Of a DNA stretch of 64,000 nt, positions 58,031-64,000 are shown piece after piece. Position numbers and translations under genes: made by a program. Source of the stretch: Candidatus Sumerlaeaceae bacterium (GTDB lineage: Bacteria > Sumerlaeota > Sumerlaeia > Sumerlaeales > Sumerlaeaceae). Location of the stretch: assembly GCA_051003195.1 (NCBI GenBank), contig JBPCLP010000024.1, forward strand, positions 92,704 through 156,703. The letters run 5' to 3'. The notes under the pieces were generated by a model. The model made no database searches, was not told the origin of the DNA, and worked only from the letters and a program-made list of their open reading frames with translations. The number at the start of each line of letters is the position of its first letter. Within the stretch, counting starts at the first letter, position 1.

Positions 58031-58564
58031 ATGACACTCGCGATTTTCTGCATCCATTTACTGAGCCTAACATCGATGGGTGCTGAGTCCGAGTATTTAC
58101 AGATTGAGTCCGTGAAATTCTGTAATATGGTTGTCAATCGCGAACCGACCAGCCCTATTCCGCCTGACCAACAGATCGAGGGTAATAGGGTTTTCTGCTG
58201 GGTCAACCTTCGAGGCGGTGCTGAAGCCTACAGATTGCTTCAGAAAGAGGGGCGACTTCCCTTGAGGCACGAATGGAAGCTAACAGAGCCACGCCTTGGA
58301 TTTTCATCGCCTGTTGCTCCAAATGCTACAGATCAGGATACGCTTTCCACTACGCAGACGATAGGTATTGGAACCGTTCCTTTCGAGAAAATACTGAAGG
58401 AATACGAGTCCGCAGGATGTTTTGATTGGAGAACATGGAGCTATGTTAAGAACAGCCTTCAGGCAAACGTCCGACTCACTGTGCGACTCCTAGATCGTCA
58501 GAACCGAGCGTTCTCAGATTCAGAAGGTCGGCAGGAATTTGCAATCCACTACCTGTCCAAATGA
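58031..58564 (+). CDS. Secreted DUF2914-like protein
   Basis: 'VFCWVNL...LRHEWK...WRTWSYVK...VRLLD'; start uncertain. Confidence 0.5.
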   Translation: MTLAIFCIHLLSLTSMGAESEYLQIESVKFCNMVVNREPTSPIPPDQQIEGNRVFCWVNLRGGAEAYRLLQKEGRLPLRHEWKLTEPRLGFSSPVAPNATDQDTLSTTQTIGIGTVPFEKILKEYESAGCFDWRTWSYVKNSLQANVRLTVRLLDRQNRAFSDSEGRQEFAIHYLSK

Positions 58565-59880
58565 GTTTCAAAATGGCTACAAGACCAGATGTTGAAAAAG
58601 AAAACCTACACGTGACTTCTGAGGCGGCCAGAACTGCCGCTGAGGGCGGGCAGGCAACGGTTGAATTCACGAACCCCAGCCAGGATCTTCAGGCAGACAG
58701 TGATGTAGGTACCCACAGCTCAGCTCAAGGCGCTCAGGCTAACGGAAATGACGACCATAAGGATAAAGATGATCATGAGGACGATCACAACGATCCGACC
58801 ACCAACCGGGAAGCATTAACAAAAGCGCCCACGAAGACAGTAACCGATTTAGTCGAATACGCAAAGCTTCTAATATCCTATGCGATTCGAAATCAAATTG
58901 AAATCCCAGCCGATGCGATTGATAGCATCATACTTGCCGATCAGGAGTTGCAAGCAGGTCAACCGCACGTTTCAAATATTAGTAGCGTGGTTCAGGCATA
59001 CGGTGTGCTGCAGAAGCAGGTTCCAATCTCAATTCAGTCCCTGCAAGACTGCTCAGCTGACTACGGCGTAACAGTTCAGCATTACCTAATCAAGGCATTC
59101 GAATGGCCGCCTGGGATCCGAGTGGAAAAATACATGTGCTCTAAAGCAGATCAGACAATTCGCAACTACCGTTCATTTTCGTATCTGTGTCTTTTTCTGT
59201 TGCTCATCGTTCAGGCATACTACTCCTACGGCGAGATCCTTTTGCGCGATTTGATGCCCTCATTGCCAAAGGGACACACGCGAGCCGTTGCCGGCCAAAG
59301 TACAGCGGACGACGCTGCACTACCACTTTCGGCAACGCCTGTTGTGCCAACCTTTGATGATGCTATCGCAAGAATTGTGAAACAAAAAAGCAACTTCTAT
59401 ATTCTCGAACGCTGGAGCGTACCGCTTCAGCGACTAAGGATCATCCCGGGACTGGATGACATAAAAAAATGGAATCTAATCGGGAAGCAATCCGGCACTG
59501 CGGTGTCCGATGATGAAATCAGAACCGCATTTCTAATTGCGGCACACAACGCCCTGACACTCATCCAGGGATTCTTTCTGCCACTGCTGTACGGGCTGCT
59601 CGGGGCGGTGGTTTTTATTCTTCGAGAGACAATGGAAATGGCGCGCTTGCGGACATTTCGCTACGACATGAAGGCCTATCAGATTTCCCGAGTTGCGTTA
59701 GGTGGCATCGTTGGTGTCGCGGTGGGCTGGTTTTTTCAGTTCTTGGATACTGGAAACCTGGGTGTAAAGATAACCTCACTGGCACTATCGTTTCTAGCTG
59801 GATACAATGTCGAGGTGTTGTTTGCCCTTTTGGATAAGCTCAATATCGCATTCTCGTCCGCGCCTCTTCGAAAGAGCTGA
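58561..59880 (+). CDS. Hypothetical membrane protein with 3-TM C-terminal module
   Basis: ATGA overlap; 'LPLLYGLLGA...RVALGGIVGVAVGWF...LSFLAGYNVEVLF'. Confidence 0.75.
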   Translation: MSFKMATRPDVEKENLHVTSEAARTAAEGGQATVEFTNPSQDLQADSDVGTHSSAQGAQANGNDDHKDKDDHEDDHNDPTTNREALTKAPTKTVTDLVEYAKLLISYAIRNQIEIPADAIDSIILADQELQAGQPHVSNISSVVQAYGVLQKQVPISIQSLQDCSADYGVTVQHYLIKAFEWPPGIRVEKYMCSKADQTIRNYRSFSYLCLFLLLIVQAYYSYGEILLRDLMPSLPKGHTRAVAGQSTADDAALPLSATPVVPTFDDAIARIVKQKSNFYILERWSVPLQRLRIIPGLDDIKKWNLIGKQSGTAVSDDEIRTAFLIAAHNALTLIQGFFLPLLYGLLGAVVFILRETMEMARLRTFRYDMKAYQISRVALGGIVGVAVGWFFQFLDTGNLGVKITSLALSFLAGYNVEVLFALLDKLNIAFSSAPLRKS

Positions 59881-60118
59881 GTCTGAACAGTCCGCGGGAG
59901 TTTGGCAAATTACGTCCGTAGAATGCCCTATTTTTTGCCGTAAAGAACTAAACGCTAAGTCGGTCCCCCAGGTGCCGACTCCGATGAAGGTATTGCGGGG
60001 ATGCATTCCAGTAGGAGATTGCAGGACCAAGCCCTAGGGTTTTCACCTGTTCCTGTGCACCCTAATTACCGCACCAACCTTGACATAAACTTCCAAGACC
60101 GCGATACGTTTGCCTGCG

Positions 60119-61249
60119 ATGGAGATGATCTACCTAGATGAGTCGGGCTACTGTTTCGATTGGAAGACCAACCATGAGGAACAGCCTTATTACGTGCTCA
60201 GCGCCGTTTGCATCAGTGCGGACAAGTTGGACGGTTGTTCAATGCAACTGCGGCAAGAGGTTGCTGACCTTAAGGTCCCAGGAGCTAACCCCCCGCTAGG
60301 CCGTGGGTTCGAGATCAAGGCAAAGCTGATCGAACAAGGCAGTGGGCACTGGAACAAGAACCCGGTCGACAGGCAGAAGATACGCAAAGCGATGCTAACC
60401 ACAGCCAGCACCTTTGGTGCACGCAGCATCCTCGTGGTAGTTGATAAGCCACTATTGCTGAGCACCTATAGGGATTATGCGAGAGACCCATACCTCCTCG
60501 CATATACAATGATGTTGGAGCGAATACAGAAGTTTCTAGAGCGCAACGGTCAGCTAGGAGTCATCGTTTATGACCATAACCAGCGAATTGCGACTGAGCT
60601 AAATAACACCGCCGCTGATCTGGCGACGAATGGTAGCAATATCCAATACTTGGACTTCTACACCAATTTGCCAAGTACGACTCAGCTTAAAATTGACCGG
60701 ATTGTCGAGTTTACCTTCAGCGATTCCAAATACTCCGTGGGGCTCCAGATTGCAGACTACTTCGCAACCCGAACTTCGTCTCTGATGAAGAAAGGCCATG
60801 CCTTTAACGATGTGCACTGGGGTGAGTTTTGGCATTGCTTAGATTCCGTCAGCCAAAAGGTCAAAGGGATAGGCATTAAGGTCTATCCCGAACGAGAGAC
60901 TTGGAAACTCGTTCCACCTCTTCAGCATCCGCATGCCGCGCCGGTCGAACCGCAGGTAGCGGAAGTACTACCGATTATCATAAACATTACCCCCGCATTT
61001 ATAATGGCTGAGGATAATGAGTTGCCCTGGACAGAGGTTCAGCGCGAACCTGATCCGTGGGAAGCGGCGCACGCTGCTGCTGAGGAGGAGGAACGAATCT
61101 TTCATGAGGCGATGGATGCGTACCATTCCGCGAAAGAAGAGGAGTCGGAAACCTACTTGGCATACCAAGAGTATCTCGAGGAAGAAGCAGCACGATGGGC
61201 AAGTATTGATGAAGCCATCGCGCAACAGTTCGATGGGCCGGACTTCTAA
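60119..61249 (+). CDS. DUF3800-like (RNase H-fold) protein with long acidic tail
   Basis: 'IYLDESG', 'EIKA', 'DSKYSVGLQIADY'. Confidence 0.75.
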   Translation: MEMIYLDESGYCFDWKTNHEEQPYYVLSAVCISADKLDGCSMQLRQEVADLKVPGANPPLGRGFEIKAKLIEQGSGHWNKNPVDRQKIRKAMLTTASTFGARSILVVVDKPLLLSTYRDYARDPYLLAYTMMLERIQKFLERNGQLGVIVYDHNQRIATELNNTAADLATNGSNIQYLDFYTNLPSTTQLKIDRIVEFTFSDSKYSVGLQIADYFATRTSSLMKKGHAFNDVHWGEFWHCLDSVSQKVKGIGIKVYPERETWKLVPPLQHPHAAPVEPQVAEVLPIIINITPAFIMAEDNELPWTEVQREPDPWEAAHAAAEEEERIFHEAMDAYHSAKEEESETYLAYQEYLEEEAARWASIDEAIAQQFDGPDF

Positions 61250-61288
61250 AACTCTGGCAGCCAGCCAGCCAGTAGAAAGGAACCTACA

Positions 61289-61561
61289 ATGGAGCAGATG
61301 AAAGAAGGATTTATGCCCTTTGGTATAGCATTTGAGGCTGAACAGAAAGCTTTCAAAGAGGGCAAGCCTACCTCTGACGTTGCGGGGTTCGTCAGCGTTG
61401 AAGATATGGACCTACACAATACCTATCCCATTGCGCTCGTTCACCCCTTCAAACTCCACGATGCGATGGAGAAGCATAATGTTCCAAAGCATGTGGCCGA
61501 TGACATCTTGAATTGTTTCTACGTGTCCTATCACCTGCCGACCAACTCACCTGGGAAATAG
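61289..61561 (+). CDS. Hypothetical protein
   Basis: AAGGA RBS, 90 aa. Confidence 0.55.
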   Translation: MEQMKEGFMPFGIAFEAEQKAFKEGKPTSDVAGFVSVEDMDLHNTYPIALVHPFKLHDAMEKHNVPKHVADDILNCFYVSYHLPTNSPGK

Positions 61562-61880
61562 CAGTGAGAAGAATGTTACACCTATTACGGCAAGCAATGC
61601 GGATGGTGGGCAACGTGATATTGTTCGTACTGACGAGCTTCTTTGGCTTGGGCAGAACGGCGCGGAACAGGCTGCACGGAAGAATGGATCGCGACTAATG
61701 TCGGAGACAGTCATTCCCCCGTGCATCATCGACAACGGACATTTTGCTGATCAGAAGCGATATGCTTCGTTAATGAGCATCCTTGTGGAGTTAGAAGGCA
61801 AAGGGTTTGCATCGAATTAGAACATGGCTGCGGCCTTTCTGCCCCGGTGTCGCAACGATGCAGCTCTCGCACGGCTTTTC

Positions 61881-62017
61881 CTAGAAGCTGTTTCAAAACC
61901 CAGTTGGTAGCGCGATCCATGGTCGTTGCATGGGCATCTTGCCCATGATCATCAATGAATCAGGGGCTGGAGGCCCTGCCACAACCGTAGGGGTCGAGGT
62001 TTTGAAACAGCTTCTAG
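61881..62017 (+). mobile_element. MITE copy 1 (137 bp including CTAG ends)
   Basis: Perfect 20-bp terminal inverted repeats CTAGAAGCTGTTTCAAAACC / GGTTTTGAAACAGCTTCTAG; internal REP-like palindromes; no ORF. Confidence 0.85.
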
Positions 62018-62160
62018 AACAGCTTGAACCCCGTCTAACTATTAGCCTCAACTTAATTGAGGTAAGCTGATATGTATGCCCGTTGCGCGCTGTCGGGGAT
62101 GGAGCCAGCGTGGGTAAATCCGATTGCACTCGAAGCAGTACACCCTTATACATTTCTCCC

Positions 62161-63072
62161 ATGTCATGGATACCCTTTTCCAAACGGGATAAGCCTCTAC
62201 CGGATGTGTACAAGTATGATAAGCTGCCGGGTGGCTTACGGAACCAGATCGATCACCTATGGAGTGAGGTGTTTGGTGGTGGTGCATTCGGTACACAGTA
62301 CGGCAGTCGGCAGTGCTACCCATACTCAGTCATAGCGAAGAAGATCGCCAAAGAGCATGGCCTGAAGCAGCTCGCCGATTGGGATGACGAGGAGCGTCAA
62401 TGCCGTGAGTACCTTGAAGAGGCTTCCGTTGAGAACTGCCTCGATCTCATAGAGTACTCGTTCCTCGTTGCAGGTATGGTGCATGCACAGTATGGAGCAG
62501 AGTTGAGCCTGCGTGGTGTTCAGACCAGCTTCAATGATGCTGTAGTGGAACTGAACCACCGCTTCCGGGAGCATGGATGTGGATACCAGCTTGAGAATTG
62601 CCGGATCATCAGAATAGATTCACAGTATGTACATGTTGAGGTAACTCAGCCTACGCTGTCGTTGATTAGTGGCAAAGCATATGCAGGCGCTCAGCAGGAG
62701 TTCCTTGAGGCTCACGAGCACTACCGGCACGGCAGACACAAGGATGCCATAGCTACATGTCGGAAGGCATTTGAGAGCACCATGAAGGCGATCTGCGATG
62801 CTCGTGGCTGGCAGTACGACAAACAGCGAGCCACTGCCAAGGACCTCATAAAAATCATGTTCGATCAGAAGCTAATACCTGTCATGATGCAGTCCTACTT
62901 CGATAATCTCAGAGGCTTGATGGAGAGCTGTGTGCCTACCATTGCCAACAAGACAGCATCTCATGGTCAGGGTGCTCAAGTAATCCCTCCTGACGAGACT
63001 ATGACATCATACGTGCTTCATCAAACTGCATCAAACATGCTGCTACTAGCAAAATACAACAAGCGGAAATGA
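62161..63072 (+). CDS. Abortive-infection-like protein (AbiJ-NTD/STM4504-like with Abi_C-type C-terminus)
   Basis: 'FSKR...DVYKYDKLP..LRNQI', 'ELNHRFREHGCGYQ', 'AQQEFLEAHEHYR...KAFESTMKAIC', 'NKTASHGQG'. Confidence 0.7.
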   Translation: MSWIPFSKRDKPLPDVYKYDKLPGGLRNQIDHLWSEVFGGGAFGTQYGSRQCYPYSVIAKKIAKEHGLKQLADWDDEERQCREYLEEASVENCLDLIEYSFLVAGMVHAQYGAELSLRGVQTSFNDAVVELNHRFREHGCGYQLENCRIIRIDSQYVHVEVTQPTLSLISGKAYAGAQQEFLEAHEHYRHGRHKDAIATCRKAFESTMKAICDARGWQYDKQRATAKDLIKIMFDQKLIPVMMQSYFDNLRGLMESCVPTIANKTASHGQGAQVIPPDETMTSYVLHQTASNMLLLAKYNKRK

Positions 63073-63073
63073 G

Positions 63074-63877
63074 GTGAGTGAGTTGAGCAATACTCCCGAT
63101 GAAGAGACACCGAAGCAAAAAGAGCAGAAGGAGGCTGCTGCTGCCGACGGTGAGAAGAAGAAGCAATGGACTCTCAAGGATTGGGAAGACGGCAAAATAC
63201 CACCTGACGAGATGGAGAAGATCAGTCAGCAATTTGCTGAGTCGTTCAAGTTCCATAGTGACCGGCTGAAGACGATAATGGATGGTATCAGGCCACCGAA
63301 GGATCTGATGGCAAAGCTGTTCGGTGATATCAAAGGTCCATCAGAGAATTTCAAGAAGATGATGGAAGGGATCACTGGTCCACATGAGCACCTGAAGGAC
63401 ATCATCGGCAAGAGCATGGAACGAAATAAGACTATGATGGAAGAGGCAATGAAGGGATTTAAAATGGAGACTAACTTTGTGAGCCCACTCAGGTCAGCAG
63501 CATTGGAGTCTCTGCGAAATACCCCTACATCAGCCAGTCAGAATGAGGCAAAGTCCTTCTATGAGAACCTCAAGACCTACATCCAGTATGCTCAGAACAA
63601 CCTGGGTGAGGATGAGGAGCTAGAGGTCGTGGTAGTACTACAGAACGGAGTCACCTTCAACGTCGCTGAGTTTGGGTATCACAATCCCACACTGCTCTTC
63701 ATCTTCTGCTTTGATGATAACGGCAAAGAGATCGACATCCTCACGCACCCGGCCTCAGTGCAGATTGCTGCATGTGTCAGGAAGAAGGCTCCTAAGACGA
63801 AGAAACGGAAGATCGGATTTTTGTCTGATGAGGTTCCGCAGGGAGAAACAATTAATGCTGTTGATGCGAATCCCTAG
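63074..63877 (+). CDS. DUF6173-like protein with Met-rich repeat N-terminus
   Basis: 'FGYHNPTLLFIF..D.NG...LTHPASVQ...KRKIGF'; starts 1 nt after the previous stop; its TAG lies in the MITE CTAG. Confidence 0.65.
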   Translation: MSELSNTPDEETPKQKEQKEAAAADGEKKKQWTLKDWEDGKIPPDEMEKISQQFAESFKFHSDRLKTIMDGIRPPKDLMAKLFGDIKGPSENFKKMMEGITGPHEHLKDIIGKSMERNKTMMEEAMKGFKMETNFVSPLRSAALESLRNTPTSASQNEAKSFYENLKTYIQYAQNNLGEDEELEVVVVLQNGVTFNVAEFGYHNPTLLFIFCFDDNGKEIDILTHPASVQIAACVRKKAPKTKKRKIGFLSDEVPQGETINAVDANP

Positions 63878-64000
63878 AAGCTGTTTCAAAACCTCGACCC
63901 CTACGGTTGTGGCAGGGGCTTCCAGCCCCTGATTCATTGATGATCATGGGCAAGATGCCCATGCAACGACCATGGATCGCGCTACCAACTGGGTTTTGAA
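63874..64000 (-). mobile_element. MITE copy 2, inverted relative to copy 1, truncated by the window end
   Basis: Reverse complement of copy 1 except for about 2 edits in the GGGC(C/T)TCC segment; begins CTAGAAGCTGTTTCAAAACC. Confidence 0.85.

Larger units (their letters stand above)
52125..64000. mobile_element. Genomic island integrated at tRNA-Gly(GCC); runs off the window
   Basis: tRNA 3'-fragment boundary followed by orphan, decayed and defence-like genes and MITEs; no integrase inside the window. Confidence 0.7.

Noticed and set aside
57241..58206. 321-aa minus-strand ORF
   Set aside because: Cys/Ser/Trp-rich with no motif, and overlaps the better-supported + strand gene; cannot be supported.
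52600..61800. Integron cassette array
   Set aside because: ORFs are in mixed orientation, no repeated attC-like R''/R' pairs were found by eye, and there is no intI.

Overview
Bacterial chromosomal window, probably Candidatus Sumerlaeota/BRC1. This is an inference from a GspG-like 'AIAVP[DN]FLEAQTRxKVS' prepilin remnant and two secreted proteins ending in an 'AA[VA]xEWxxx' tail. Housekeeping blocks occupy 1-20.7 kb (GH, two ABC systems, yraN, moxR, moaD/E, lpdA, CNNM, pyrE, hisB, chrA) and 29.2-51.8 kb (VKOR, Kelch-Trx, lexA, PQQ-dehydrogenase, tgt, rsmB, PIN/TRAM, Tat-SOD, mqnA, Ser/Thr kinase). There are two accessory regions. The first (~20.7-29.1 kb) is a repeat-rich islet with a secreted HExxH protein and a fused REase-MTase + S subunit + HEPN-like defence operon. 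The second (52.1 kb to the window end) is a genomic island bounded by a duplicated 3' half of tRNA-Gly(GCC). It carries a helix-dense non-coding stretch, many orphan or decayed genes, a DUF3800 gene, and an abortive-infection-like gene pair bracketed by two inverted copies of a ~137-bp REP-containing MITE. The best candidate for an undescribed system is a Hanks Ser/Thr kinase fused to a bis-His (2x H-X13-H) cytochrome-b-like membrane domain, translationally coupled to a membrane-anchored tetraheme c cytochrome, which suggests a trans-membrane redox-sensing kinase. All family assignments come from motif recognition by eye; no searches were run.
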